A DNA stretch of 22,873 nucleotides from Chlamydiota bacterium (GCA_947494155.1 CANLTW010000018.1:1-22873), one strand, 5' to 3'; positions 7,408-18,245 are shown, numbered from the stretch's first letter. Notes: a model not told the origin generated them from the sequence alone. Numbers and translations: made by a program.

Positions 7408-10125
7408 ATGGTAGACGAGATCCCCTGGTATACAAAAAGTGTTGAAGAGGCGTTTCCCCTTTTAGGTACCGACATAGGGGGGCTCAGCGATAAAGAGGCC
7501 ACTACCAGACTTCGCACATTCGGTCCCAATCTTTTGGAGGAGAAAAAAAGGCGCTCTCTGTGGTCTATTTTTCTACGTCAATTCCTTAACCCCCTCGTTC
7601 TTATCCTTATCATCGCCTGTTTCTTTAAATTTTTCATCCAAAGCCACACTGACGGGATCGTCCTACTCACTACGCTTTTGCTTATGGCCTTAATAGGCTT
7701 TATCCAGGAGGCTAAGGCTGAAAAAGCGATGCAAGCGCTCAAGCAGCTTTCGGGCCATCGCTCTAAGGTCAAACGCAACGGTCATGTAGTTACGATAGAC
7801 TCACAGTTTCTTGTCCCGGGCGATATTGTCATTTTGGAGCCGGGTGATAAAATTGGTGCCGATTTACGGGTTGTGGTGACAATCAACTTACGTGTCAATG
7901 AATCGACCCTTACGGGTGAGTCGGTTCCTGTGGAAAAATTTAATAAAGTGATTGAAAATCACCCTCCCCTGGTTGACCGGATCAATCTTCTATTTATGGG
8001 GACCACAGTCTCAGCCGGCAAAGCCACCGCTGTCGTCATCGGAACCGGGATGCGCACAGAGCTAGGTAAAATCGCCAGCTCATTGAAAGAAATTGAGGAG
8101 CAAAAGACCCCGCTGCAAAAAAACGTAGAGTCTATCGGTTTTTGGATCCTCCCCATGATTGCCGTAGCCATCCTTTTTTTTGTATGGATTGCCATGGAGC
8201 AGGGTTTGGGCCTTACCGAAATCTTTTTGTTGAGCGTCTCTGCAGCCGTTTCTGCTATCCCTGAGGGTCTCCCCGCCTCTTTCACAATCACTTTAGCTGC
8301 CGGCATGTCGGAAATGGCTAAAAAAAATGCGATTGTTCGCAAGCTTCTTGCTGTGGAGACGCTGGGCTCCACCACCCTGATCGCCTCCGATAAAACCGGA
8401 ACCCTTACCCTCAATCAAATGAAGGTGACCGAAATATACATCGACGGGCATGAGATTGTGATTGAAGGGGACGGGGATTCTCCCTATGGCTCTTTTCAAG
8501 ATGAGGGGGGGAGAGTACACCCCGAAACCCATTCGCACCTTCAGCAACTCCTTTTTGTCGCTGCACTTTGTAACGATGCCCTCGTTACCCAGCAGGAAAA
8601 TCGACTAACCACGATTGGAGACCCCACTGAAGGGGCCCTGATGGTTGCTGCTATCAAAGGGGGGGTCGATATTGACAAGCTCAGTCGCGACCACCCTAGG
8701 ATTCATGAAATCCCCTTCTCCAGCGAACATTTGTACATGGCAACTATGAATGCCAATACCAAATATGAAGAGATCCTTATCAAAGGAGCTCCCGAAAAGA
8801 TTCTCGAGTTCTGCAGCCATATTTTGACTAGCAATGGTCGAGAAGAACTCACCCCAGACAAAAAGCAAAAGGTGGAATTTCACCTGGAACGCATGTCCCA
8901 AAAAGCTCTGAGGCTCATTGGGTGCGTTACCATGCGCCATACAGGGGGAAATTTAGATACCGAAAGGCTGAAACACAAAGATGGCACCTTTATTGGGTTC
9001 ATGGGAATGATGGATCCACCCAGAGCCGAGGCAATTGAAGCAGTAGCCGTCTGTAAAGAGGCCGGAATTCAAGTAGCCATGATCACAGGCGATAGCGCGA
9101 TCACAGCAAAAGCTATTGCTCACGAGCTGGGAATCCATACAAAAGGGGTTTTACGAGGGTCGGATGTGAAGCTTTTGAACGATGAGCAACTTTGTGAAGA
9201 GATAGGCCTTATGAAGGTTTTTGCCCGGATAGAGCCCGTCGATAAGCTCAAAATTGTGCGAGCTTTCCAAAAAAATGCGCATATCGTTGCCATGACCGGA
9301 GACGGGGTGAATGACGCCCCGGCCCTGGAGGCTGCCGATATCGGAATCGCTATGGGTGTCACCGGAACCGATGTGGCTAAAGAATCGGCAGATATGATCC
9401 TCATGGATGATAATTTCGCCTCAGTTGTTCATGCCGTCGAGGAGGGCAGGGCCATCTTTAACCGCTTAAGAAACGTCACCGTGTTTCTGCTCACCACCTG
9501 CTTTGGCGAGCTTTTTGGGTTGATTCTGTCCGTTTACTATTTAGGGATTGCTCCCCTTACTCCCCTACAAATTTTATGGGTAAACCTCGTGACCGGTGTG
9601 ATTTTAGCTATCCCCCTTGGGCTGGAGCCAAAAACTGGCAGAGAGTTGAAGCAGCCCCCCAGAAGCCCCGGAGTTGGGCTTTTATTTCAAGGGATGCTCT
9701 ACAGAATCGGGCTTATGGCTTTCTTGCTGGGGATCTCTATATTCAGCGTGTTTTATGCCTGTTTAGAGTCGGAAAATCTCCACCAGGCCCGCACGATAGT
9801 ACTTACGGCTCTTGTTGTGTTCGAGTGGCTAATAGCGTTTAATTGCCGCTCCGATGAAATCTCTATTTTTCAACAGGGTTTGTTTACAAACCGCTACCTT
9901 CTAATAGGGGTAATAAGCGCTATCTTTTTGCATCTTGCGATCCTTTACACCCCTGTCCTCGAGATGGCCTTTAACGTCCACCCCCTTGACTTTGACGAGT
10001 GGAAAATTGCCCTTATCCCCGGAGGGGGAATTTTTCTTTTGGAATCGCTTCGAAAACAGCTCCTCCCTACCCTTTTTTCCTTTGGTAAATGGAAAAAAAA
10101 CCGTCGTCTTCGCCGCATCTCTTGA
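7408..10125 (+). CDS. Cation-translocating P-type ATPase, P2A (SERCA/PacL-like) architecture
   Basis: Motifs TGES, IPEGL, DKTGTLT, KGAPE, DPPR, MITGD, TGDGVNDAPAL and QILWVNLVT, plus the N-terminal cation-ATPase motif (GLS...RL..FGPN). Confidence 0.95.
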   Translation: MVDEIPWYTKSVEEAFPLLGTDIGGLSDKEATTRLRTFGPNLLEEKKRRSLWSIFLRQFLNPLVLILIIACFFKFFIQSHTDGIVLLTTLLLMALIGFIQEAKAEKAMQALKQLSGHRSKVKRNGHVVTIDSQFLVPGDIVILEPGDKIGADLRVVVTINLRVNESTLTGESVPVEKFNKVIENHPPLVDRINLLFMGTTVSAGKATAVVIGTGMRTELGKIASSLKEIEEQKTPLQKNVESIGFWILPMIAVAILFFVWIAMEQGLGLTEIFLLSVSAAVSAIPEGLPASFTITLAAGMSEMAKKNAIVRKLLAVETLGSTTLIASDKTGTLTLNQMKVTEIYIDGHEIVIEGDGDSPYGSFQDEGGRVHPETHSHLQQLLFVAALCNDALVTQQENRLTTIGDPTEGALMVAAIKGGVDIDKLSRDHPRIHEIPFSSEHLYMATMNANTKYEEILIKGAPEKILEFCSHILTSNGREELTPDKKQKVEFHLERMSQKALRLIGCVTMRHTGGNLDTERLKHKDGTFIGFMGMMDPPRAEAIEAVAVCKEAGIQVAMITGDSAITAKAIAHELGIHTKGVLRGSDVKLLNDEQLCEEIGLMKVFARIEPVDKLKIVRAFQKNAHIVAMTGDGVNDAPALEAADIGIAMGVTGTDVAKESADMILMDDNFASVVHAVEEGRAIFNRLRNVTVFLLTTCFGELFGLILSVYYLGIAPLTPLQILWVNLVTGVILAIPLGLEPKTGRELKQPPRSPGVGLLFQGMLYRIGLMAFLLGISIFSVFYACLESENLHQARTIVLTALVVFEWLIAFNCRSDEISIFQQGLFTNRYLLIGVISAIFLHLAILYTPVLEMAFNVHPLDFDEWKIALIPGGGIFLLESLRKQLLPTLFSFGKWKKNRRLRRIS

Positions 10126-10176
10126 TTTTTTCCCTAAAAATCGCATACATTATTTTCGTCATACAAATCGGGGCGT

Positions 10177-10737
10177 ATGCAATTTTTCTTTTTAAGACAC
10201 GGCGAAACGTTGTGGAATCTCGAAAAACGGTGTCAGGGGAAAACTGATATCGCTCTTAGCGAAAAAGGGAGAGAAGAGGCCGAAAATTTTGCAAAAAAAT
10301 CGCTACATCTCCCGATTGGACACATCTTTACCTCTCCATTGAAGAGGGCACGTACCACCGCAGAAATTCTTAAAAAAAACCATCCCATGGCTGGTTTTAC
10401 CGCTTTGAAAGAATTTGAGGAGAGGGGTTATGGGTATCTGGAGGGCAAGCCAAGTGAAATGATGTATGCTTTCGAAGAGGAGGAAAAAAGAAACCCTACC
10501 AAGCCGATAGATCCCTCCGTCGAGAGTTTAGAAGCGATAAATTTTCGGTTGCAAAAAGGTCTTGAGACCGCTTTTGCAAAAGACTTTTCCCCCTTCATCG
10601 TCTCTCATGGTCGACTTTTTGTCTCCCTTTGCGAATATCTTGAGGTTCCTCACGAAAGCCAGATAAAAAACCTCAGTCTCTATGAGTTTAAAAAAACTTT
10701 AAAAAAATGGGAAATTCGACAGATTCTTTTCCACTAA
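10177..10737 (+). CDS. Histidine phosphatase (phosphoglycerate mutase-like) family protein
   Basis: Motifs RHGET, SPLKRA, EERGYG and VSHG. Confidence 0.9.
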   Translation: MQFFFLRHGETLWNLEKRCQGKTDIALSEKGREEAENFAKKSLHLPIGHIFTSPLKRARTTAEILKKNHPMAGFTALKEFEERGYGYLEGKPSEMMYAFEEEEKRNPTKPIDPSVESLEAINFRLQKGLETAFAKDFSPFIVSHGRLFVSLCEYLEVPHESQIKNLSLYEFKKTLKKWEIRQILFH

Positions 10738-10877
10738 ACAAGAAAAAAACTTGAAAAATAGTTGTGGAACAAATTTTGCTAAGGCCTCCAAGGTGGGGTT
10801 TTTTAAGGGCTCTTTTATTTCGTTACGTCCATCCAGGCTGATTGCCATATTTATAGAAAAATTTGATCGTATGCACT

Positions 10878-12257
10878 CTAAAAATGGAGGCTTTCGCCAT
10901 CGGCATTCCACACCGCTTCGATGAGAGCTTCACTGAGTGTCGGGTGAGCGATCATTAAGTGTTTTATTTCATCGATCGTCATTTTTTTGCCTATTGCCAA
11001 CTGAAACATCGGCAACATCTCCGATGCATGGCTGGCGACCACAGTCGCTCCCATGAGCCTTCTTGTCGATTGGCACACTAAAACCTTTACAAACCCCTTG
11101 AGATCCCCCTCAACAAGCCCTCGAGCATTCGCCTTAAGGGGAAATTTTCCCGTTTTATAAAGCAGATTGTGCCTCTTTAAATCCTCTTCACTCATCCCTA
11201 CATGAGCCACTTCGGGGTGGGTGTAGATCACATTAGGCACCTCATAAAGATTATAATTAGTCGATTTTCCTAAAAGGGTTTCGACTAGAGCAATCCCCTC
11301 ATGCGATGCTTTATGGGCCAGCATAGGGCCAATCGAGACATCCCCTATCGCGTAAACCCCCTCTACGCTTGTCTGTAGATCGGCTTTAGTTTCAATGAAA
11401 CCTTTTGCATCCAAAACAATCCCCCCCTTCTCTGGAGATAGGCCGGCAGTATTTGGTTTACGACCGATCGATTGCAAAACATAGTCCCCTTCCAGGATAC
11501 ATTCCCCTTTAGGCCCTCGACAGGTAAGTTTTACCCCATTTGGAGTGATAGCCCCCTGCTCAACTTTAGTATCCAAATAGAATTCGATCCCCCGCTCTTT
11601 AAAGATCTCCAAAAGTGTCTGGGATACATCGGTATCAAAACTTGAGGCTATTTTGGGAAAAAATTCTATAAATGTTACTTTTGAACCTAAAGCGCGGTAA
11701 ACGGAACCCATCTCAAGCCCGATCACTCCAGCGCCTATGATCAAAAGATGCTTCGGAACCTCTTTGAGAGCTAAGGCGCCTGTTGATGAGAGAACCCGTT
11801 TCTCGTCGATAGGAAAAAAAGGGAGGCTGATAGGTTGTGAGCCGGTAGCTAAAATGATGTAGTCGGCCTCAAGTATTTCGCCATTAGCCTCCAATTTTTT
11901 TGGAGCGACGAAACGGGCCTCCCCATGCACATGCCGGATCTTATGCTTTTTCAGCAGATAGGCAATTCCCTGAGTTAATGTATCCACGATTTTGGATTTC
12001 TCTTTTTGCATCAACGAGAAATCGAACCCTTTGAGCTCGGCAGCGATACCCACTTTGGCAAATTCATGGTCAAAAAGATGTTTGTAATGGGAAAACATCA
12101 AAAGCGCTTTAGACGGGATGCACCCTACATTCAAACATGTTCCCCCAAGCGTTGGACCCCGTTCAACTAAAGTGACTTTTGCTCCTAACTGGCTCGCCCG
12201 TATGGCGCTCACATAACCAGCGGGTCCTCCCCCCACAATCACAATCGATTTCGTCAT
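10878..12257 (-). CDS. lpdA: Dihydrolipoamide dehydrogenase (E3)
   Basis: GGGPAGY, redox disulfide [21 protein letters not shown] and HPTLSE. It overlaps the sucB stop by 4 nt. Confidence 0.96.
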   Translation of the reverse strand: MTKSIVIVGGGPAGYVSAIRASQLGAKVTLVERGPTLGGTCLNVGCIPSKALLMFSHYKHLFDHEFAKVGIAAELKGFDFSLMQKEKSKIVDTLTQGIAYLLKKHKIRHVHGEARFVAPKKLEANGEILEADYIILATGSQPISLPFFPIDEKRVLSSTGALALKEVPKHLLIIGAGVIGLEMGSVYRALGSKVTFIEFFPKIASSFDTDVSQTLLEIFKERGIEFYLDTKVEQGAITPNGVKLTCRGPKGECILEGDYVLQSIGRKPNTAGLSPEKGGIVLDAKGFIETKADLQTSVEGVYAIGDVSIGPMLAHKASHEGIALVETLLGKSTNYNLYEVPNVIYTHPEVAHVGMSEEDLKRHNLLYKTGKFPLKANARGLVEGDLKGFVKVLVCQSTRRLMGATVVASHASEMLPMFQLAIGKKMTIDEIKHLMIAHPTLSEALIEAVWNADGESLHF

Positions 12258-13393
12258 AAACCTAAAACTCCGATTTCGGGATTTTCCAACCAGCGCTTGA
12301 CCTCAACTAAAAATCCAACAGCCTCTTTTCCGTCAATGATCCGGTGATCATAGCTTAAAGCGATGTACATCATAGGGCGTATCTCAACTTTTCCCTGAAT
12401 CGCTACAGGTCGGTCCAACGTCGCGTGCATCCCCAGAATTCCGCTTTGCGGAGGATTCAAAATTGGGGTCGATAATAAAGAACCAAACACCCCGCCATTT
12501 GTGATGGTAAATGACCCCCCCTCAAAATCCTTTACGGTTAATTTCCCCTCACGCCCCTTTTGAGCTAATTGGGCGATCTCTTTTTCCACTTGCGCCAATG
12601 TCAGCTTTTCCACATGACGCACTACCGGAACCACAAGCCCTCTCTCTGTAGAAACGGCTATCCCCACATGCACACCGGTGGGATAAACAATCGAATCTTT
12701 ATCAATACGTGCATGGACTTTTGGATAGATTCCAAGGGCCCGCTCGACCGCTTTTGTAAAAAAAGCCATAAACCCAAGCTTTATACCGTGCTGTTTGGTA
12801 AACGCCTCCTGGTGCTCTTTTCTCAATCGCATCAAAGCGCTCATATCCACCTCATTGAAAGTAGTGAGCATGGCCGTCTCGTTTTTGACGTCCACAAGAC
12901 GCTTTGCAATCGTTTTTCGAATGAGACTCATGGGCTCTCTTTTCTCGCCAGAGGCGCTTGTTTCCCCTTTTAATGGCTCAACTTTGGGTGGAGATTGCTC
13001 CAGTTTTGTCGGCTTTTGTAGAAATTCCTCCATCCCTTGCCGGATCACGCTCTCCCCGGTTTTTTTTGGCGATGGGGCCAAAGGGGCTTCGGGGGCCGAT
13101 TTAAGTTCGACTTTTTGAGGTTGAAGCGGCTCTTGCCCCTTTTTTTCTGGTTGGAAGGTCGTATCGATCTCGACAGCAATCGTGCCGACAGCATAGGTGT
13201 TTTGTGGTTCAATTTTAAAAAAAACCTTTCCGGAGGCTGGGGCAATCACCTCCATGGTAGCTTTGTCCGATTCGATTTCGCACAGAATCGCATCTTTGGA
13301 AACTAAATCCCCCTCCTTTACGAAAAAGCGGCTCACATGCACCTCTTTAACTGATTCCCCCGGCGCCGGCAGCTCCACTTGAATTTTACTCAT
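12254..13393 (-). CDS. sucB: 2-oxoglutarate dehydrogenase E2 (dihydrolipoamide succinyltransferase)
   Basis: Lipoyl site [40 protein letters not shown] and catalytic DHRIIDG. Confidence 0.96.
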   Translation of the reverse strand: MSKIQVELPAPGESVKEVHVSRFFVKEGDLVSKDAILCEIESDKATMEVIAPASGKVFFKIEPQNTYAVGTIAVEIDTTFQPEKKGQEPLQPQKVELKSAPEAPLAPSPKKTGESVIRQGMEEFLQKPTKLEQSPPKVEPLKGETSASGEKREPMSLIRKTIAKRLVDVKNETAMLTTFNEVDMSALMRLRKEHQEAFTKQHGIKLGFMAFFTKAVERALGIYPKVHARIDKDSIVYPTGVHVGIAVSTERGLVVPVVRHVEKLTLAQVEKEIAQLAQKGREGKLTVKDFEGGSFTITNGGVFGSLLSTPILNPPQSGILGMHATLDRPVAIQGKVEIRPMMYIALSYDHRIIDGKEAVGFLVEVKRWLENPEIGVLGL

Positions 13394-16013
13394 GGAAAAT
13401 CTCCTTAAGAATATGCTCCAGCTCCATTACGGAAATTTTGGGAGAACCCGATGCAGGGGAACTCGACTCTTTTCTTCCGATATAGCTGAGCTCTTTACCA
13501 TTTAAAAGCGCTTCAATTTTAGGTCTGAGGTGTGGATAGGCGCCCATATTTTTGGGTTCGTCTTGCACAAAAACAAAACGGGTAATTCCCCTAAGATTTG
13601 CAAGCTCGGTCTGTAAAAAGTTTTCATCAAGCGGGTAAAGCTGCTCAATACAAAACAGAACAAAATCTTTACGCTGCAAACTCTCTGCTTTTTTTTGGAT
13701 ATCGTAGGCTATTTTTCCAAAAGTAAAAATACAAAGAGAGCTTCTTTCGCCGTCCTTATTTTTTTTTAGTATAGGATGAAACTCTTGGGTATGAACCTCT
13801 TCAACGGGCGAAAAAGAGATCTCATCTCTCAAAAGACTTTTTGGAGTGAACAGAATAAGGGGCCGCTTGGGGTGAGAAATCCCCTGCCTGCGCAGCAGAT
13901 GAAAGAGTTGGGCTGTTGTAGTGGGTATTGCACAAACGATATTTTTTTCTGCCGCAAGCTCAAGAAATCGCTCTATGCGTGCCGAAGAGTGCTCGGGACC
14001 TTGACCCTCAAATCCATGGGGAAGATAGAGCACTAATCCGCTCGTCACACCCCATTTCGTCTCAGCGGATACAAGGTATTGGTCAATAATAATTTGAGCT
14101 CCGTTTACAAAATCCCCAAATTGCCCTTCCCAAATCACTAAAGAGTTTGGATGCGCTAGGGAGTAGCCGTATTCAAACCCCATCACGGCATATTCGGACA
14201 AATAGGAATTGATTACGGTAAACGGGGCCTGATTGATGCTTAGATTATTCAGTGGGACAAATACGTTCCCGTTCTTTTGATCCACAAGGGTGGAGTGTCT
14301 ATGGGAAAATGTGCCTCGTCTGGAATCCTCCCCAGATAAGCGCACCGCAATACCCTCTTCAAGGAGGGTACCAAAAGCCACAGCCTCTGACATGGCCCAA
14401 TCCAGTTTCTCTTTGGCCCCCCTTTCCTCAACAATTTTTTTCAATCGGGGATGGATCTGAAAGTCAGAAGGGATTTTTGCGATCTTTTTTAAAATATCTT
14501 GGGCCTGTTTTAAGTCGATTTTTGAGCTTTTGAACAGGGTGTTTTGCACCCCATTCGCGCTAAAGCCTTTTTTTTGCCGAGCAAATTCCTTGGCAAGCTG
14601 GTACATTTGCTCCAATTCGCTCTCTATCGTCTCTTGAGTTTGTTGTTTAAACGTCTCATCAACAGCAACCAAACTTGAAACTTCAGGCATCTGCTTGATT
14701 TTTTCCACCATAAGGGGCTGGGTAAAACCGGGTTCATCCCCCTCATTATGACCGTATTTGCGGTAGCCTAGAAGATCGATGAATACATCTATATGAAAGG
14801 TTCTCGCAATGTGTAGAGCAAGTTTGGTAATCCGAACGCAACTCAACGGATCCATAGCATTCACATGAAATACGGGGCAGTTGAACGCTTTTGCTACGTC
14901 AGTGCAATAGACGGTAGATCTGCTCTCCTGTGGTGTTGCTGTAAAACCGATCTGGTTATTGATAACGATGTGGATTCCTCCCCCCACCTTGTAACCCTCA
15001 AGTCGCATTGCCTGAAGACTCTCATAGACCACCCCTTGACCCGCAAGTGCTGCGTCTCCATGAATGGTTACTGCTAGAGCTGTAGGTTTGTTGGCCAAGT
15101 CGCATTTTGCCCTACACATTCCCAAAATAACCGGATCAACCGATTCCAAATGGCTTGGGTTTGGTGCTAGTGTTACCTCAATACCCTCCCTTTTTTTGGC
15201 GTAGCCCATGTGATACTTCACATCGCCGCTTCCTGAATACATCGGGGTATAGTCACCCTCGAATTCGTAGAATATCTGACTGATTTCTTTTTCTAACACA
15301 TGCGCTAAAACATTTAGGCGACCCCGGTGAGCCATCCCGATAACAAGATCGGTCAAACCGCACGATTTGCCCATTTTGACCAAACACTCCAGCATAGGGA
15401 TCAGACTCTCTGCCCCCTCTAATGAGAATCGCTTCTTGCCCATGTGCCTTTTATGTAAAAAGCTCTCGAAACTTTCCGCCCTTTTGAGATTCATAAAGAT
15501 CTCTTTGGATTCCCTTTCGTCAATTTGAGCCTGGTACTCTTCACGTAAATAGCGGTCAATTTCCCGAATCACAAGGGGAGAATCCTGCAAATGCATATAC
15601 TCAAAACCGACATTCCCCGTATATCGGCTTTTTAAAACCTCAAGCAAAAAAGATAGCGGAGCTGTTGGTTGCGGCAAGATATCGAAAGTGGGGACCTCTT
15701 TTTCAAGGTCTTTTGTATCCAGTTTGTGTTCTTTAAGGGTGAGCTCTAAAGGCGTCAAGGGGAGCTGGCTTAGAGGGTTTGTGGTGGCCTTATAGTGGCC
15801 ACACCGCTTGTAGTGATCTACCAGCCGATAAACGTTGAAAGAAAGATCAGGAACCTCTTTCGAATAGTGCAAGGATGTGGTCATGCCATGGTAAGCAAAC
15901 TCCACCCCTTTAAAAAAAAGAGCTTGGTCTTTAGGGACGCTTTCGGGGTCTTTAAGATACTCCTCAAAGGCCCTCTCCAGATATTCCTGACTTAAGAAAA
16001 AAAGCTCGCTCAT
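13386..16013 (-). CDS. sucA: 2-oxoglutarate dehydrogenase E1
   Basis: [35 protein letters not shown]...[29 protein letters not shown] and [10 protein letters not shown]. Confidence 0.97.
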   Translation of the reverse strand: MSELFFLSQEYLERAFEEYLKDPESVPKDQALFFKGVEFAYHGMTTSLHYSKEVPDLSFNVYRLVDHYKRCGHYKATTNPLSQLPLTPLELTLKEHKLDTKDLEKEVPTFDILPQPTAPLSFLLEVLKSRYTGNVGFEYMHLQDSPLVIREIDRYLREEYQAQIDERESKEIFMNLKRAESFESFLHKRHMGKKRFSLEGAESLIPMLECLVKMGKSCGLTDLVIGMAHRGRLNVLAHVLEKEISQIFYEFEGDYTPMYSGSGDVKYHMGYAKKREGIEVTLAPNPSHLESVDPVILGMCRAKCDLANKPTALAVTIHGDAALAGQGVVYESLQAMRLEGYKVGGGIHIVINNQIGFTATPQESRSTVYCTDVAKAFNCPVFHVNAMDPLSCVRITKLALHIARTFHIDVFIDLLGYRKYGHNEGDEPGFTQPLMVEKIKQMPEVSSLVAVDETFKQQTQETIESELEQMYQLAKEFARQKKGFSANGVQNTLFKSSKIDLKQAQDILKKIAKIPSDFQIHPRLKKIVEERGAKEKLDWAMSEAVAFGTLLEEGIAVRLSGEDSRRGTFSHRHSTLVDQKNGNVFVPLNNLSINQAPFTVINSYLSEYAVMGFEYGYSLAHPNSLVIWEGQFGDFVNGAQIIIDQYLVSAETKWGVTSGLVLYLPHGFEGQGPEHSSARIERFLELAAEKNIVCAIPTTTAQLFHLLRRQGISHPKRPLILFTPKSLLRDEISFSPVEEVHTQEFHPILKKNKDGERSSLCIFTFGKIAYDIQKKAESLQRKDFVLFCIEQLYPLDENFLQTELANLRGITRFVFVQDEPKNMGAYPHLRPKIEALLNGKELSYIGRKESSSPASGSPKISVMELEHILKEIFHE

Positions 16014-16235
16014 CCCCCAAAAAACCCTTCTTAATTGTCTATTCCTCCCTCCATAGCAAAAAACTCAATTTACCAAAATAAACTTCTTCCCCGTCCACAA
16101 AAAGGGAAAATATGTATTCTTTTTTACAATCTAAGCTTACTGAGCAATAGTTCTATTTTTTTAAACGATTTTCGGTTAGACTAGTATGGTCTTTTATAGG
16201 GCGTGTGCTCACAAGCTTAAGGGGTTGAATAAACG

Positions 16236-17126
16236 ATGCAAAGTACTCTATTACGCGAGGTTTCGCGTACATTTGCTTTAACTATCCCTCTTTTGAACGC
16301 CCCTTTGATTCCAGTAATCACCGATGCCTACCTCTTTTTAAGAATTTTGGACACAATTGAAGACGAAGAGGCTCTTGAATTTGAGGATCAAAAAAAATTT
16401 ATAAAGATATGGATTGAATCGCTCCATAATCCTGAAACTTTGCCCGAATTTATTCAGCAGATCGTCCCCCTACTCACCAAAAGCACAAAAAAGGGGGAGC
16501 TTCAGCTGGTACAAGACGCCTCTATTCTTATCGAAAGAATCCTTACCTACGACAAAACAATACAAGAAAGCATCTATCGGGTAGGAAAGGTGATGGGTAA
16601 CGGAATGCTGAAATTTTTGGAGCGAAAAGGGGGCGATAGAGTCCGCACGATCCAAGAGTTGGAGGAGTATTGTTATTACGTCGCCGGATGCGTAGGGGAA
16701 ATGTTGACCGAAATTTTTTGTTTTGTGGGAAAATTCGACCAAGCAAAAGGGGCTCTTCTTTTGTCATCTGTGGACTTTGGCAAAGGGCTACAGCTTACTA
16801 ATATCCTGAAAGACGTGGAGCAAGACAGAGAAAGGGGGGTAGAGTGGATTCCCCTACCTCTAAGATCAGAAACCGGCTTTGATAATCTCATTGAAAAAAC
16901 ACGCGGTTATCTTCATAAAGCATTGGATTTCATTTGTTTACTCCCTTCCCATGAACGTCAAATCCGTCGATTTTGTCTCATCAATGCACTTCTTGCCCTA
17001 TCGACTTTACGTACGTTGGCAAACGGGGGGAAAAAAATTTCTAAATTTACTGTATATTCGCACCTGTTCCTCTCAAAAATCGCCTGTTTTTCCAATCGTA
17101 TGGTACAGTGGTGTAAAAACGTCTAA
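16236..17126 (+). CDS. Squalene/phytoene synthase family protein (squalene-synthase-like)
   Basis: Head-to-head prenyl synthase motifs VSRTF, YLFLRILDTIEDE, YCYYVAGCVGEML and GKGLQLTNILKDVEQD. RFCLINALLALSTL resembles the SQS FCAIPQVMAIATL segment. Confidence 0.88.
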   Translation: MQSTLLREVSRTFALTIPLLNAPLIPVITDAYLFLRILDTIEDEEALEFEDQKKFIKIWIESLHNPETLPEFIQQIVPLLTKSTKKGELQLVQDASILIERILTYDKTIQESIYRVGKVMGNGMLKFLERKGGDRVRTIQELEEYCYYVAGCVGEMLTEIFCFVGKFDQAKGALLLSSVDFGKGLQLTNILKDVEQDRERGVEWIPLPLRSETGFDNLIEKTRGYLHKALDFICLLPSHERQIRRFCLINALLALSTLRTLANGGKKISKFTVYSHLFLSKIACFSNRMVQWCKNV

Positions 17127-17207
17127 CACCATAAAATACAACAAGTTAAATTTTAAATTTATTTATAATTAAATTTAATGTATACTCTTATGTAACTAAA
17201 TGTAAGA

Positions 17208-17702
17208 GTGGGGCATAAAATTATGCGTATCGGAGATTATATCCCGGTAATGGCCGAAAAATGCACAAGTTTTGTGATGAAAAATCCTGGCAAAGTTGCT
17301 CTTGTCGCAGCATTAGCCGCCTCTTGTTTTAGCCTTTGGTCTCTTGGGAGTGCGCTGAAACGGGCTCAGGATCTTGATGTTGATGAATTTGGCAACAAAG
17401 TGAGACCCGAAGAGTCTCTTCCTGTTGCAAATAGACCACCACGCCCTCGTCCTCCGCAAGTTCGTAACCAAATTAAACCCACATTAGAAACTATATTTGA
17501 GGATACGAAAGAGGAAAATATACCCGCTTCACCTAAGAAATGCAGAAGACCACCAAATCTTCAAATTAAAATTCCTGAAATTTCAGAAAACCAAAGCCCA
17601 CCCAAGTTGGATGCTGATTTGACGTTTGAAGAAGCCCGCAAAGCTTTAGAGCGCCAAGCTCAGATGAAAAAATGGGGTAGCAAATTTGTCGGAAATTTAT
17701 AA
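17208..17702 (+). CDS. Hypothetical protein with one hydrophobic segment and a Pro-rich disordered tail (start may be ATG 17223)
   Basis: 164-aa ORF after an AT-rich spacer with TATACT at 17181-17186. Hydrophobic segment VALVAALAASCFSLWSLG. Confidence 0.7.
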   Translation: MGHKIMRIGDYIPVMAEKCTSFVMKNPGKVALVAALAASCFSLWSLGSALKRAQDLDVDEFGNKVRPEESLPVANRPPRPRPPQVRNQIKPTLETIFEDTKEENIPASPKKCRRPPNLQIKIPEISENQSPPKLDADLTFEEARKALERQAQMKKWGSKFVGNL

Positions 17703-17757
17703 AATAAGTAAAAAGGTTCTTTGCAATTTTTTGTTAGGCTAGGCAAACTCACTAGCC

Positions 17758-18156
17758 ATGCAACCCCTTTCCCCGCTTCCTGCCCATCTTGTGCAGATAA
17801 ATAACCCCTTATTTGAACAAAAAACTACTAGTTTTGAACTCTCTTTTGTGTTCATAAGCACAGCTTTTATTGCAGTGAGTTTTTTTAAGATTTTCCTATC
17901 GAGAAATAGAGGTACTTCGGGGATATCAACCGAAAATAGAATGCAAACCGCAACAGTCAAAGAAGATATAGACATTCTTTCGTCCATTGAGGAGGAAAAA
18001 GGGTATGAAATGCGTTTTTTTCATAAAGGTTTGAAATTAGATGTATCACCCGAGATGCTAAATGCGCAGCGACCCCAGGAAGCTGCCGCTTTAAATCCAC
18101 AATCCTATCATTATTTAAAAAAGAGGTTTGGACACCGTTACGTTGGTGACCACTAA
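17758..18156 (+). CDS. Hypothetical protein with one hydrophobic segment, possible distant paralog of the 17208 ORF
   Basis: Hydrophobic LSFVFISTAFIAVSFF. The C-terminus KKRFGHRYVGDH resembles KKWGSKFVGNL of the upstream ORF. Confidence 0.65.
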   Translation: MQPLSPLPAHLVQINNPLFEQKTTSFELSFVFISTAFIAVSFFKIFLSRNRGTSGISTENRMQTATVKEDIDILSSIEEEKGYEMRFFHKGLKLDVSPEMLNAQRPQEAAALNPQSYHYLKKRFGHRYVGDH

Positions 18157-18191
18157 CCCCCTTTAAAAAAGAGTTTTTAAGACCTCAACTA

Positions 18192-18219
18192 TTGACATTT
18201 AGCCGTAGTCTGCTAAAAT
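18192..18219 (+). promoter_or_regulatory. Sigma70/sigma66-type promoter
   Basis: TTGACA (18192-18197), a 16-nt spacer, then TAAAAT (18214-18219) with the extended TG at 18211-18212, 26 nt upstream of ATG 18246. Confidence 0.7.
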
Positions 18220-18245
18220 GCTGAAAGTTTTTTTCCAAAGGTGCT

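Noticed and set aside
7578..10195. Multiple short alternative-frame and antisense ORFs within the ATPase (likewise within sucAB, the GTs and hemW)
   Set aside because: They are shadow ORFs of strongly supported genes, with no independent signals.
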